Source: an uncultured bacterium (lineage in GTDB: Bacteria; Acidobacteriota; HRBIN11; JAKEFK01). From it: a DNA stretch of 64,000 nucleotides. The first letter of the stretch is position 1; each line of letters starts with the position of its first letter. Where the stretch lies: contig CAVZQN010000008.1 of NCBI GenBank assembly GCA_963777505.1, forward strand, positions 79,910-143,909. The letters are read 5' to 3'. The notes under the pieces were generated by a model, which had not been told where the DNA came from, ran no database searches, and was given only the letters and a program-made list of their open reading frames with translations. Positions 9,603 through 20,069 of this stretch are shown in pieces. A program made the translations under genes and the position numbers.

Positions 9603-9627
9603 CTTTCATCGTTCATCTTTCATCGTT
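9603..9627. repeat. 25-nt exact repeat CTTTCATCGTTCATCTTTCATCGTT (copy 1, murE-murF intergenic)
   Basis: Identical 25-mer at 42252-42276. Internally a tandem duplication of CTTTCATCGTT(CAT). It pairs with GATGAAAG at 9580-9587 inside the murE 3' end. Confidence 0.6.
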
Positions 9628-9641
9628 CACCTTTCAAAACT

Positions 9642-10997
9642 ATGGTTCTATCAATGGAAACGGTACTTCGTGAAACAGCTGGAAGACTGCTTCGCGGCAA
9701 AACAGATTATTTTTCATCTTACGCGATCGATTCACGTAAGGTGCAACAAGGAAGCTTGTTTTTTGCACTTAAGGGCGAGCAGACTGATGGTCATTTGTTT
9801 GTAGAATCTGCGTTAAATGCCGGCGCTAAAGGCGCGATCGTTCAACACGATTCAAAATCGAATGGCACATTATTGCTCGTAGAAGATTCTCTAAAGGCGC
9901 TTTACGATCTTGCGGCCTTCGTCCGCAAACAAAGCGCGGCTAGATTTATCGGCATAACCGGAAGTGCAGGAAAAACGTCAACGAAAGAATTCACTGCAGC
10001 AATTTTGACGGAACGATTTCGAGTTTATAAAAGCGAAGGAAATTTGAATAGCCTCACAGGTTTGCCACTGAGCATTCTTGCTATTGAAGATCAACAACGT
10101 GCGGTGTTTGAAGCTGGAATGAATCAGCCGGGCGAAATGGCTTCGCTTGGCAAACTGCTTCGTCCCGATATAGCGGTGCTCCTAAACGTAAACCCTGTTC
10201 ATATGGGTCAATTCAAATCTGAAAAAGACATTGCGATTGAGAAAGCTTCCCTGGCGGATTCATTGCAAAATGACGGAAAAATCATTTACAACGCAGATGA
10301 CGCTCTGCTTCAAGAACAGGTCAGCCAGCGGACTGCAAGTCATATCTCATTCGGCAGATCACAAAATGCGGATCTTCGAATTGAAGCATTGAAGTTAAAA
10401 GGTGTTCGTGGTTTGGAAGCGTCTTTTCTATGGCACGGCCAGAAGTTAAACGTTGAATCTTCGCTGAGCGGTCTTGGAAATGCCTACAATATCGCAGCCG
10501 CAGCTTGCGTCGCACTGATCGAAGGACTTGATGTTTCAGAAATAGAAAATGCCATTCGGAAATTATCCCCTTATGCGCAGAGAGGCATTTTAATTCAGCT
10601 TGGCGGGATGCATATTTATGATGATACTTACAATAGCAATCCCCGCGCACTTGAAATCGCACTCCAGCTCATTGCAGCCAGTGAAGGGTATAAAAGAAGA
10701 GTCGCTGTGCTTGGTGACATGCTTGAACTGGGTTCAAGTGAAATTGAATATCATGCCCAGGCCGGTCGAAGTGCCGCACAAAATAAAATTGATGTTCTCA
10801 TTGCAGCGGGCCCATTAAGCCGTCATCTCGCAGATGCAGCCAGAAAAAGTGGCGTAAGCGAAGTTCATTCCGCTGAAAATTCAACAGAAGCAGGAGAAAT
10901 CGCAGCAAAAACGCTGCGGGCAGGAGACATTGTTTTGGTTAAAGGCTCTCGTGGAATGAAAATGGAAAGTGTTATTGAACGGTTGAGGAAACAATAA
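9642..10997 (+). CDS. murF: UDP-N-acetylmuramoyl-tripeptide--D-alanyl-D-alanine ligase MurF
   Basis: P-loop GITGSAGKTSTKE, Mur ligase three-domain length, and dcw position. Confidence 0.9.
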   Translation: MVLSMETVLRETAGRLLRGKTDYFSSYAIDSRKVQQGSLFFALKGEQTDGHLFVESALNAGAKGAIVQHDSKSNGTLLLVEDSLKALYDLAAFVRKQSAARFIGITGSAGKTSTKEFTAAILTERFRVYKSEGNLNSLTGLPLSILAIEDQQRAVFEAGMNQPGEMASLGKLLRPDIAVLLNVNPVHMGQFKSEKDIAIEKASLADSLQNDGKIIYNADDALLQEQVSQRTASHISFGRSQNADLRIEALKLKGVRGLEASFLWHGQKLNVESSLSGLGNAYNIAAAACVALIEGLDVSEIENAIRKLSPYAQRGILIQLGGMHIYDDTYNSNPRALEIALQLIAASEGYKRRVAVLGDMLELGSSEIEYHAQAGRSAAQNKIDVLIAAGPLSRHLADAARKSGVSEVHSAENSTEAGEIAAKTLRAGDIVLVKGSRGMKMESVIERLRKQ

Positions 10998-12077
10998 ATG
11001 CTGCATTGGCTTCTTTCTCCTGAACTGACCGGCCTTGCGTTGTTTCAGTACATTACGTTCCGTACTGCTGCATCTACGCTAACGGCGATGATGATTACGC
11101 TCCTGTTTGGCGGCTGGGCGATCCGCAAACTGAAAGAATTTCAAATCAAACAACATATTCGCGAAGAAGGTCCGGCATCGCATCAAACAAAAGCCGGAAC
11201 TCCTACAATGGGTGGATTGATTGTTATTGCGGGAATTCTTATCCCTACAATGCTCTGGGCCGATCTTTCGAATCCGTTTGTTTGGATCCTCTTGTTTGCA
11301 TTACTTTCTTTTGGTGCAATCGGATTTATGGATGATTTCACAAAAGTTGCAGAAGGCCGGAATTTAGGAATTACTGCCAGACACAAATTCGCATTCCAGA
11401 TTATTTGCAGTGCAATCATTGGTTTCTTTCTTTTATATCTTTCCAGAACAACCGATTACTACGATACTCGCCTTCATTTTCCCTTTGTTAAATGGTGGCA
11501 ACCTGATCTCGGTTACTTTTACGTCTTATTGGTAATCATAGTTCTTGTTGGCGCATCGAATGCTGTGAACCTAACTGATGGGTTGGATGGTCTCGCTATA
11601 GGTTCCGTATTAATTGCATCGGCGGCGTACACAGCACTTGCATACGTCGCTGGCCACTTTGTTTTTTCGGAATATTTACGAATCACTTTCTTGACGTATG
11701 CAGGCGAAACAACTGTTTTCGGCGGAGCAATGGTCGGAGCCAGCATCGGATTTCTCTGGTATAACTCATATCCTGCTGAAGTTTTTATGGGAGATACAGG
11801 TTCACTTTCGCTGGGCGGGTCAATCGGAACAATGGCCATTCTCATTAAGCAAGAATTTTTGTTGATTATAGTAGGCGGCCTTTTTGTTGTCGAAGCGCTT
11901 TCAGTAATCATTCAAGTTTCTTATTTTAAGCTGACAAAGAAGCGCGTTTTTTTAATGGCTCCACTTCACCATCATTTTGAATTAAAAGGATGGAAAGAAC
12001 CAAAGGTCATTATTCGTTTTTGGATCCTTGCATTTTTATTCATGCTGCTGAGTCTTACAACATTGAAATTACGATGA
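10998..12077 (+). CDS. mraY: phospho-N-acetylmuramoyl-pentapeptide transferase MraY
   Basis: Polytopic membrane protein, 359 aa, with a canonical MraY N-terminus. dcw position. Confidence 0.9.
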   Translation: MLHWLLSPELTGLALFQYITFRTAASTLTAMMITLLFGGWAIRKLKEFQIKQHIREEGPASHQTKAGTPTMGGLIVIAGILIPTMLWADLSNPFVWILLFALLSFGAIGFMDDFTKVAEGRNLGITARHKFAFQIICSAIIGFFLLYLSRTTDYYDTRLHFPFVKWWQPDLGYFYVLLVIIVLVGASNAVNLTDGLDGLAIGSVLIASAAYTALAYVAGHFVFSEYLRITFLTYAGETTVFGGAMVGASIGFLWYNSYPAEVFMGDTGSLSLGGSIGTMAILIKQEFLLIIVGGLFVVEALSVIIQVSYFKLTKKRVFLMAPLHHHFELKGWKEPKVIIRFWILAFLFMLLSLTTLKLR

Positions 12078-13444
12078 TTGAAGGAAAAAAAATACTTGTA
12101 GCTGGGTTTGCAAGAACCGGCCAGGCGGTCGTACGGTTTTTACTGAATCGGAAGAACTGTAGTGTGTCTGTTTCAGATACACGTCCAGCAAGTGAATTCG
12201 GCAACTACCAAGAAGATTTTTCCGGAGTAGAATTCGAGTTCGGAGGTCATACGCCTGAAACTTTTCTAAAGGCAGATCTGATCATTTTAAGTCCAGGAAT
12301 TCCTGAAACAATCTTACCCATTGTTGAAGCGAAGAAAAAAGGGATTCGCGTTATTTCAGAAATTGAACTCGCATACCACTTTTTGAAAGGGACTTTAATC
12401 GGGATTACAGGAACGAATGGGAAATCTACCACAACGGAATTAACAAGCGCGATTCTTCGGTCCGGTGGTAAACGCGCAATGGTCTGCGGAAACATAGGCA
12501 CACCGTTAATTCAATTTTGCGAAGATTCAAAGCCCGAAGATTATTACGTCATTGAAATTTCTAGTTTTCAGCTTGAAACGATTGATGAATTCCGTCCACA
12601 CATTGCTGCTTTGATTAATCTTGCTGAAGATCATTTGGATTGGTATCCATCTGTGGAGCCTTACTATTCTGCGAAGATGCGAATCTTTAAGAATCAAAAA
12701 GAAAATGATTTTGCGGTTGTGAATTACGATGATCCATACATTCGAGAACACGTGAATAACATTCAGTCAAATCATTTCTGGTTTTCGAGAAAAGAAAAGC
12801 CTCCTTCAGGGGTTTATGCATCTGAGGGGATCATTCGGTCAATTTCCGGCGGCCAGATCCTTGATTTTTCTCAAGGCCGTTTACAGGGAATTCATAATCT
12901 TGAAAATACTTTATGTGCTGCATCCATTGCAATGCTTTGCGGTGTTTTTCCCAAGGCGATGCAAAACGCGATCAATCACTTCCAGGGACTCCATCACAGA
13001 ATGGAACTTGTTAACGAGATATCGGGTGTTCGTTATTACGATGATTCAAAAGCGACAAACGTTGATGCCGTAATGAAATCGCTTGAAAGTTTTTCAGGCA
13101 ATGTTTTTCTTATCATGGGTGGAAGAGATAAGGGTTGCGATTACCGCGTTCTTGAAAGTTTGGTGCGTGACCGTGTGAAGCAGTTGCTATTCATTGGAGA
13201 AGCCAAAGAACGCCTGGCAAAAGAACTCGGTGGTTTTGCACCTTTTGCTTTTTTTGAAACACTTGAACGTGCGATCGATCATGCTGCTAATTCCGCCAAC
13301 AAAGGCGACATTGTCTTGCTTTCGCCGGCTTGTTCGAGTTTTGACATGTTTAAGAATTACGAAGAACGAGGCAGGGCTTTTGCCAACGCAGTGATCGGCC
13401 TCCGAAATCGCTCCGTTACAGGAAACAATGGCTCGACAAATTAG
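12074..13444 (+). CDS. murD: UDP-N-acetylmuramoylalanine--D-glutamate ligase MurD
   Basis: The ATG at 12074 overlaps the mraY TGA (ATGA). GITGTNGKSTTT P-loop. The ORF track extends to 11990, but that extension overlaps mraY. Confidence 0.9.
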   Translation: MIEGKKILVAGFARTGQAVVRFLLNRKNCSVSVSDTRPASEFGNYQEDFSGVEFEFGGHTPETFLKADLIILSPGIPETILPIVEAKKKGIRVISEIELAYHFLKGTLIGITGTNGKSTTTELTSAILRSGGKRAMVCGNIGTPLIQFCEDSKPEDYYVIEISSFQLETIDEFRPHIAALINLAEDHLDWYPSVEPYYSAKMRIFKNQKENDFAVVNYDDPYIREHVNNIQSNHFWFSRKEKPPSGVYASEGIIRSISGGQILDFSQGRLQGIHNLENTLCAASIAMLCGVFPKAMQNAINHFQGLHHRMELVNEISGVRYYDDSKATNVDAVMKSLESFSGNVFLIMGGRDKGCDYRVLESLVRDRVKQLLFIGEAKERLAKELGGFAPFAFFETLERAIDHAANSANKGDIVLLSPACSSFDMFKNYEERGRAFANAVIGLRNRSVTGNNGSTN

Positions 13445-14516
13445 TTCAGACAAATTGCTATTTACGGTAACTGTTGCACTTGTGATGTTCGGTCTTGTAA
13501 TGATTTATTCCGCATCGGCCGTACTGGCAATTGAAAAACATGGAAATCCATTTTATTACGTATTTCGCCAGGGGATCTGGGTTCTTCTTAGTTTCATAGC
13601 GATGCTTGTCACAATGCATATTCACTATCGAACGTGGAATAATCGAGTTCTTGTTTTTAGTCTTCTCGTGATTTCAGCTGTTTTGCTTATTGCAGTTTTA
13701 TTCATGCCGGCTATCGCAAACGTTCACAGATGGTTTCGAATTGGGCCCGCCTCCATTCAGCCTGCGGAGCTTGCAAAATTTCCAATGATCTTATTTTTGG
13801 CGTGGCATCTCGCAAAAAAACAAGGACAGATTGAATCATTTTGGCAAACGATCTTGCCTGCTTTTTTGGTATGCGGACAAATGGCTTTTTTGATTGTTAT
13901 TGAGCCTGATCTTGGAACCGCATTAATGATCGTTGGTATTACAGTCGCATTACTTTTTCTTGCTGGAATGTCATGGAAATATTTCGCCGGCTTCGCAGTC
14001 GTTGCTATACCGCTGGCATATATTCTTATTTTTAGCGTGGATTATAGGCGGCAACGTTTGATTAGCTTCTGGAATCCGGAGGCCGACGCGCAAGACAGCG
14101 GCTTTCAAATACTTCAGTCATTAATTGCACTTGGAACAGGCGGAATAAAAGGAACCGGTCTTGCCAATGGAATTCAAAAACTTTTTTACCTTCCAGAACC
14201 TCATAATGATTTTATTTTTGCAATTGTAGGAGAAGAACTCGGGTTGATTGGCACAGTGGGACTCCTTCTAGCATTTATATTTTTTCTCTGGCGGGGGCTG
14301 AAAATTGCATGGAAAGCACCGGAACCTTTTGGGCAATTCCTGGCAGCAGGCATTACTGTAATGATTGTCTTGCAGGCATTGATCAATATCAGTGTTGTCA
14401 TTGGTATTTTGCCAACAAAAGGATTGCCATTGCCTTTTATTAGTTCAGGCGGTTCTTCCCTGCTTGTAAGTATGACCGGAGTTGGAGTCTTACTGAATAT
14501 TTCCCAAAATACATGA
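13428..14516 (+). CDS. ftsW: peptidoglycan glycosyltransferase FtsW (SEDS family)
   Basis: 10-TM SEDS protein. dcw position. Confidence 0.9.
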   Translation: MARQISSDKLLFTVTVALVMFGLVMIYSASAVLAIEKHGNPFYYVFRQGIWVLLSFIAMLVTMHIHYRTWNNRVLVFSLLVISAVLLIAVLFMPAIANVHRWFRIGPASIQPAELAKFPMILFLAWHLAKKQGQIESFWQTILPAFLVCGQMAFLIVIEPDLGTALMIVGITVALLFLAGMSWKYFAGFAVVAIPLAYILIFSVDYRRQRLISFWNPEADAQDSGFQILQSLIALGTGGIKGTGLANGIQKLFYLPEPHNDFIFAIVGEELGLIGTVGLLLAFIFFLWRGLKIAWKAPEPFGQFLAAGITVMIVLQALINISVVIGILPTKGLPLPFISSGGSSLLVSMTGVGVLLNISQNT

Positions 14517-14532
14517 TGTGGTTTAGCTGTAG

Positions 14533-14553
14533 GGGCGGGTCACGTGCCCGCCC
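14533..14553. repeat. GC hairpin GGGCGGGTCACGTGCCCGCCC between ftsW and murG
   Basis: GGGCGGG/CCCGCCC stem. Same family as the elements at 654-677 and 63508-63529. Confidence 0.5.
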
Positions 14554-14614
14554 ACGGAGTTGGAATCAGAATTAATGATCGCCGTGCACTAGGGCCGCTC
14601 CTCCAAGGAAATCT

Positions 14615-15691
14615 ATGCGTGTGTTGATAGCGGATGGTGGAACGGGAGGCCATATCTTCCCTGCGATTGCGGTAGCGAATGAACTGCAAAAGCGAACGGA
14701 AGTAGAAGCGATTTTGTTCACAGGTACGGCCGCTGGATTAGAAGGCGGAATTGTTCCAAAGCATGGATTTGAACTACGAATGATACGTGTTGGTGGCTTG
14801 ATAGGAAAAAGTCTGATGACAAGGGTGAAAACGTTATTGCAGCTTCCAGGGGCATACTTTCAAAGCGCAAAAATTATTCGCGAATTTAATCCCTCAGTCG
14901 CAATCGGATTTGGTGCCTATGCATCTGGACCAGTACTTGTGGCAGCCTATAGAAAAAAGGTCCCCGTATTGCTTGTAGAACCGAATGCGATTCCCGGATT
15001 TACGAACAAAAAAGCATTGAGTTTTGCAAGAAATGTTGCGGTAGCGTATGAAGACTCCTCGGGTGTTTTCAAAGGAAAAGCAGTCGTTACAGGAACACCG
15101 GTGCGTCCTTTAAGAGAGCTTTCGAAACAAACATCCAAGTTCACGGTAGGTATTTATTGCGGAAGCCAGGGTTCACGTGCCATTAACAATGTTGTAGTTG
15201 AAGCCTTGCCGGAACTTGTCGCGATGAAAGAAACGTTGCATGTCATTCATCAAACTGGCAGAGGAGATTTTGAGCGTGTTAAATCTATATATGATACAGT
15301 CGCGCCATTTTTTGAGATAAAACCATTTGTTGAAGATGTTGAGGAGTTTTATAGCAGTTGCGATTTATTAGTTTGTCGCGCGGGAGCGATCACTCTTGCA
15401 GAAATAACGGCGCTTGGGAAGCCTGCGATTCTTGTTCCACTTCCAACGGCTGCTCATAATCATCAGGAACAAAATGCGCGGCGTCTTGCGGAGGCTGGTG
15501 CTGCAAAAATGATTTTACAAAATGCGTTTTCATCTCGCATCCTCATTCAGGAAATAATATCGCTATCGAGTAGCCCAGAAATCTTGGAACAAATGTCAAT
15601 TGAATCCAGACATTTAGGAAGACCAGAGGCTGCTCAAAAAGTAGCGGATTTAGCCATATCATTAGCTAAAAAAACAGAGGCACAGAGATAA
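14615..15691 (+). CDS. murG: UDP-GlcNAc:undecaprenyl-PP-MurNAc-pentapeptide GlcNAc transferase MurG
   Basis: N-terminal GGTGGHIFPAIAV motif, with AAGGAA 7 nt upstream of the ATG. Confidence 0.9.
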   Translation: MRVLIADGGTGGHIFPAIAVANELQKRTEVEAILFTGTAAGLEGGIVPKHGFELRMIRVGGLIGKSLMTRVKTLLQLPGAYFQSAKIIREFNPSVAIGFGAYASGPVLVAAYRKKVPVLLVEPNAIPGFTNKKALSFARNVAVAYEDSSGVFKGKAVVTGTPVRPLRELSKQTSKFTVGIYCGSQGSRAINNVVVEALPELVAMKETLHVIHQTGRGDFERVKSIYDTVAPFFEIKPFVEDVEEFYSSCDLLVCRAGAITLAEITALGKPAILVPLPTAAHNHQEQNARRLAEAGAAKMILQNAFSSRILIQEIISLSSSPEILEQMSIESRHLGRPEAAQKVADLAISLAKKTEAQR

Positions 15692-15693
15692 GC

Positions 15694-17097
15694 ATGTTTG
15701 GGAAATTAAAGCGGATACACATGGTGGGAATCGGAGGAAGCGGCATGAGCGGAATTGCTGAAATTCTTCTGGATCTTGGCCACACAGTTTCCGGATCCGA
15801 TATAAAAGAAACTGCAGTTACAGCAAGACTTACATCTTTAGGCGCTACGATTTACATCGGCCATTCTGCGGAAAATGTTGGAAATTCAGATGTCGTTGTA
15901 ATTTCGTCTGCAGTTTCTGTAGAGAATCCCGAAGTGATAACAGCACGAGCGAAAAAAATTCCTGTGATTCCGCGTGCTGAGATGCTTGCGGAATTGATGC
16001 GAATTAAATACGCCGTCACAATCGGCGGAGCGCACGGCAAAACAACCACAACATCAATGACCGGATTAATGCTTCATGATGCAGGACTGGATCCAACGAT
16101 CATCATTGGAGGCCGCTTACAAGCGTTTGGAAGTAATGCTCGCCCGGGTCGTGGCGAATTTATTGTTGTAGAAGCTGACGAAAGCGACGGATCTTTTCTG
16201 AAACTTTCAGCGACAATCGCTGTGATCACAAACATTGACGCCGAGCATCTTGATCATTACAAAGACATGGATGATATCCGTCACTCATTTATTGAATTTG
16301 CTAACAAAGTCCCTTTTTATGGAGCCGTCATTCTTTGCCTTGATGATGCTGAGAATCGCGCGATCCTTTCACACATTCAAAGAAAGATCGTTACGTACGG
16401 GTTATCACCTGAAGCAGACTTCCGTGCGGTTCCAGTTCAACTCAAAGGATTTAGTTCGGAATATGAAGTCTACCATCGTGATATGCGATTGGGCGTTGTG
16501 AAGTTGCATGTGCCAGGAGTTCATAGCATCGTAAACAGTCTTGCTGCTATTGCTGTTGCAAGTGAGCTTGGAGTTTCATTTGATACCGCGCGCGAATCAC
16601 TTTCACACTTCCGTGGGGTAGATCGCCGGTTTCAACTTCGCGCAGAGGCAAATGATATTTTGATCATTGATGATTACGCACACCATCCATCTGAGATTCA
16701 AGCAACTCTTACAGCAGCAAGGCAAGGCTGGAATCGAAGATTGATCGCAGTGTTTCAGCCTCATCGTTACACTCGCTTGCATCACCTATTCAATGATTTC
16801 ACGCATTGTTTCGATAAGGCTGACATTCTGGTACTAACAGATATTTATGCAGCGGGTGAAGAGCCATTACGAGATGTAACAATCGAACGGCTCGCGAAAG
16901 CAATGAACCATCCAAATTGCGTCTTGTATAAAGATGTAACAACCCTTCCTGAAAAAGTTCTATCCATGGCTCAGCCGGGAGATATTGTTTTGTTTCTTGG
17001 AGCAGGAAGTATTACTGCCGCCGCCGAAAAGACTGGAAAACTATTGTTGGAGAAATTTAGCACCGTTGCTGGCGGGGACGCGGGCGTTACACGATGA
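15694..17097 (+). CDS. murC: UDP-N-acetylmuramate--L-alanine ligase MurC
   Basis: HMVGIGGSGMSGIAEIL N-terminus and GGAHGKTTTTSM P-loop. Confidence 0.9.
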   Translation: MFGKLKRIHMVGIGGSGMSGIAEILLDLGHTVSGSDIKETAVTARLTSLGATIYIGHSAENVGNSDVVVISSAVSVENPEVITARAKKIPVIPRAEMLAELMRIKYAVTIGGAHGKTTTTSMTGLMLHDAGLDPTIIIGGRLQAFGSNARPGRGEFIVVEADESDGSFLKLSATIAVITNIDAEHLDHYKDMDDIRHSFIEFANKVPFYGAVILCLDDAENRAILSHIQRKIVTYGLSPEADFRAVPVQLKGFSSEYEVYHRDMRLGVVKLHVPGVHSIVNSLAAIAVASELGVSFDTARESLSHFRGVDRRFQLRAEANDILIIDDYAHHPSEIQATLTAARQGWNRRLIAVFQPHRYTRLHHLFNDFTHCFDKADILVLTDIYAAGEEPLRDVTIERLAKAMNHPNCVLYKDVTTLPEKVLSMAQPGDIVLFLGAGSITAAAEKTGKLLLEKFSTVAGGDAGVTR

Positions 17098-17957
17098 AAA
17101 CCAAAACGAACCAAAAGCTGAAGGATTACACAACAATCGGAATCGGAGGGAGTGTTCCAACTGTGTATCTTCCGGAAACAGAGGCTGAATTGGTGGAATT
17201 GTTGCGTACTTTGAATCGCGAAAAACGCACATTTAGAGTTTTAGGAAATGGCAGCAATATTTTGGCGGATGATGCAGGAATTAATGAAGCGATGATTGTG
17301 ACAAAACACATGGAACGCATTTTCAATGTAGATGGCGAGCGCGTTACTGTAGATGCAGGATATCCGATGGCACAGCTTGCATATCAGACAGCATCAAAGA
17401 GTTTGAGTGGATTGGAGTTTGCCGTTGGAATTCCTGGAAGTATCGGTGGAGTTGTCCGCATGAATGCAGGCGCGCACGGGCAAACTATCAGCGAAGTCGT
17501 TCATTCTGTCGCTCTGCTACTTCACGATGGCCATACTGTTGTTGCGAACAATGCTGAACTGCAATTCAGCTATCGTTTTTCGGCTATTCCAGGCGATGCA
17601 ATTATTACACGCGTTATTCTCCAACTTCGCACGGGAGATTCACGCGACATTCATAAACGCATCAGAGAAAACAATGACTGGCGCACGTCCACTCAGCCAC
17701 AAAGGGAAAAGAGTGCGGGATGCATTTTCAGAAACCCGGATGGTACTTCTGCGGGAAAACTCATTGAAGATTCCGGTTTGAAAGGCTTTTCAATCGGAGG
17801 CGCGATGGTATCAGATGTTCATGCAAATTTTATTGTTAACAAAGGCAACGCAACTTTTGCTGATACTCTGAAATTAATCGAACATGTCAAAAAAGTCGTC
17901 CGCGAGAAGAATGACGTATTGCTTGAAGAAGAAGTGATTGTCTGGAGGCACAACTGA
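17094..17957 (+). CDS. murB: UDP-N-acetylenolpyruvoylglucosamine reductase MurB
   Basis: FAD-binding MurB fold, 287 aa. dcw position. Confidence 0.85.
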   Translation: MKTKTNQKLKDYTTIGIGGSVPTVYLPETEAELVELLRTLNREKRTFRVLGNGSNILADDAGINEAMIVTKHMERIFNVDGERVTVDAGYPMAQLAYQTASKSLSGLEFAVGIPGSIGGVVRMNAGAHGQTISEVVHSVALLLHDGHTVVANNAELQFSYRFSAIPGDAIITRVILQLRTGDSRDIHKRIRENNDWRTSTQPQREKSAGCIFRNPDGTSAGKLIEDSGLKGFSIGGAMVSDVHANFIVNKGNATFADTLKLIEHVKKVVREKNDVLLEEEVIVWRHN

Positions 17958-18787
17958 TGCCGGTAAAAAAAATCCAGACCCAAAATGAAAAAGTTATCGA
18001 TTACCAATACATTCGGAATTTAAAAAATCGTGAAGTTCGAAAAAGTCGATTCAAACGAACGTTATCTCAGCGTGCACTACGGATTATTCTTATTTGTATT
18101 TTGGCAGTTCAGGGCGTGTATGTCGGATATCATGGACTTCAAGCGCTTAAATCTTCTTCATGGTTTTTCTTAAATCAAATCGAAGTAACAGGTACACATA
18201 AAACAAAACCTGAAGAAGTTGAAAAATATATTCGAACTGGCCAGCAGAATGCAGTATTTGCCGACTTAACACACATCAAGTTAGGGCTAGAAAATCACCC
18301 GTGGATCAAGAGTGCCGTAATATGGCGGGAGCTGCCGGGAACGATACGTGTTCATATTACAGAACGACACCCAATCGCATTGGTGTTGTCGGGAAATTTG
18401 TTTCTTGTCGATGCAGATGGCCGGGTTATAGACACTTTTGATCACGATCCAGAATATTCCTCGCTTCCCGTCCTTACTGGAATTGATGAAGTTTCCAATG
18501 AACATCAAATCCGGAACGCTCTTCAATTTGTTTCTGCACTTGCGGAAGATGTTTCAGTGTTGAGACAAGTATCTGAAATTAATTACTATGATGGAGAAAA
18601 CACAATTATTTATTTGAAAGGGTTCTCGTTTGGACTTTTAGTTTCGAAAGATGGTATTCTTCCGATGATTAAAAAGTTCATTGATTACTCCGAAGTAGTC
18701 AAAAAGAATTTTTCTGATGTAAAGGTTGTCGACTTGCGGTACCAGAGCCAGATCATTCTCAAACATACATACAGGGAGCAGCTTTAA
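17957..18787 (+). CDS. ftsQ: cell division protein FtsQ (POTRA domain)
   Basis: N-terminal TM segment plus a POTRA-like region. Lies between murB and ftsA. Confidence 0.75.
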   Translation: MPVKKIQTQNEKVIDYQYIRNLKNREVRKSRFKRTLSQRALRIILICILAVQGVYVGYHGLQALKSSSWFFLNQIEVTGTHKTKPEEVEKYIRTGQQNAVFADLTHIKLGLENHPWIKSAVIWRELPGTIRVHITERHPIALVLSGNLFLVDADGRVIDTFDHDPEYSSLPVLTGIDEVSNEHQIRNALQFVSALAEDVSVLRQVSEINYYDGENTIIYLKGFSFGLLVSKDGILPMIKKFIDYSEVVKKNFSDVKVVDLRYQSQIILKHTYREQL

Positions 18788-20010
18788 TGGCGAAAAAAGA
18801 CCGCTATATAGTCGGCCTTGATATTGGAACCAGCAAAGTTTGCATTCTTGTAGCCGAAATCCGTGATGATGGTGCACTGGATATCATCGGAATGGGCAAT
18901 GCTGAGTCACGGGGTCTTCGAAAGGGTGTCATTGTAAATCTTGATCCAACGGTCGAGTGTATCCGCAAAGTTGTTGAGGAAGCCGAATTGATGTCGGGAA
19001 TCAACATCGAAGAAGCGTTTGTTGGAATTGCCGGTGAACACATTATGGGTTCCAATAGCCGCGGCATGATCAGCATCAATTCAAAAGATCACATCATTTC
19101 GCGTGATGATATTAATCGTGTGATTGAGGCTGCTAAACAAATTCCAATTCCAACTGACAAAGACATTCTGCATGTCTTGCCACAAGAATTTATGGTAGAT
19201 GGTCAGGATGAAATTGGTGATCCTCTCGGAATGAGCGGGAATCGATTGGAAGTCAACGTTCATGTTGTTACATGCGGAACAACTCAACTTCAAACACTAT
19301 TAACGTGTGTTAATAAAGCAGGAATTGAAGTAGCTGATACTGTTTTGGAACAACTCGCGAGTAGCGAATCAGTATTAACTCAAGATGAAAAAGAACTGGG
19401 TGTTGCTCTTGTAGATATCGGAGGCGGCACAACAGATCTTGCAGTTTTTGAAAAACAAAGTCTCTGGCATTCACATATTCGTGCGATCGGCGGTGATCAT
19501 TTTACAAGCGATATTGCGGTTGGACTGCGGACGCCGATCGGAGAAGCAGAGCGGATTAAGAAAAAATATGGGTGTGCGTTGGTGTCACTTGTCGAGGATG
19601 AAGAGACTGTAGAAGTCCCAAGTGTCGGCGGACGTAAACCACGCTTTATGTCAAGAGAGATACTTTGTGACATAATTCAACAGAGGGCCGATGAACTATT
19701 CAATCTCATGAAAGACGAGATTGAAAGAATGGGCCTGACAAAATCCCTCAATTCGGGTGTAGTTTTGACGGGTGGCGGTTCATTGCTGGAAGGCATGACC
19801 GAAATTGCAGAACGTATTTTTGATCTGCCGGTACGCATCGGTAAGCCAACGGGTGTTGGAGGCTTGATCGATGTAATCAACAGTCCGGTTTATTCCACCG
19901 CTGTTGGTTTGGTTATTTATGGATACAGAACGCGTGAAGTTCGTAGAGATCGCGTACTGACCCGTAGAAGGCCATGGCGTTTCAAAGATTGGTTTAACGA
20001 AATGTTTTAA
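18787..20010 (+). CDS. ftsA: cell division protein FtsA
   Basis: Actin-like ATPase motifs ([18 protein letters not shown]). Confidence 0.9.
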   Translation: MAKKDRYIVGLDIGTSKVCILVAEIRDDGALDIIGMGNAESRGLRKGVIVNLDPTVECIRKVVEEAELMSGINIEEAFVGIAGEHIMGSNSRGMISINSKDHIISRDDINRVIEAAKQIPIPTDKDILHVLPQEFMVDGQDEIGDPLGMSGNRLEVNVHVVTCGTTQLQTLLTCVNKAGIEVADTVLEQLASSESVLTQDEKELGVALVDIGGGTTDLAVFEKQSLWHSHIRAIGGDHFTSDIAVGLRTPIGEAERIKKKYGCALVSLVEDEETVEVPSVGGRKPRFMSREILCDIIQQRADELFNLMKDEIERMGLTKSLNSGVVLTGGGSLLEGMTEIAERIFDLPVRIGKPTGVGGLIDVINSPVYSTAVGLVIYGYRTREVRRDRVLTRRRPWRFKDWFNEMF

Positions 20011-20069
20011 AAAACCACGGAGACACAAAGAACTCTGTGACTCTGTGGTTCAAATTGCTGGAGGTGATT

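Noticed and set aside
14517-14614. Possible small RNA or tRNA in the ftsW-murG spacer
   Set aside because: Only a single GC hairpin is present, with no cloverleaf or conserved ncRNA features. It is interpreted as a REP-like stem-loop.
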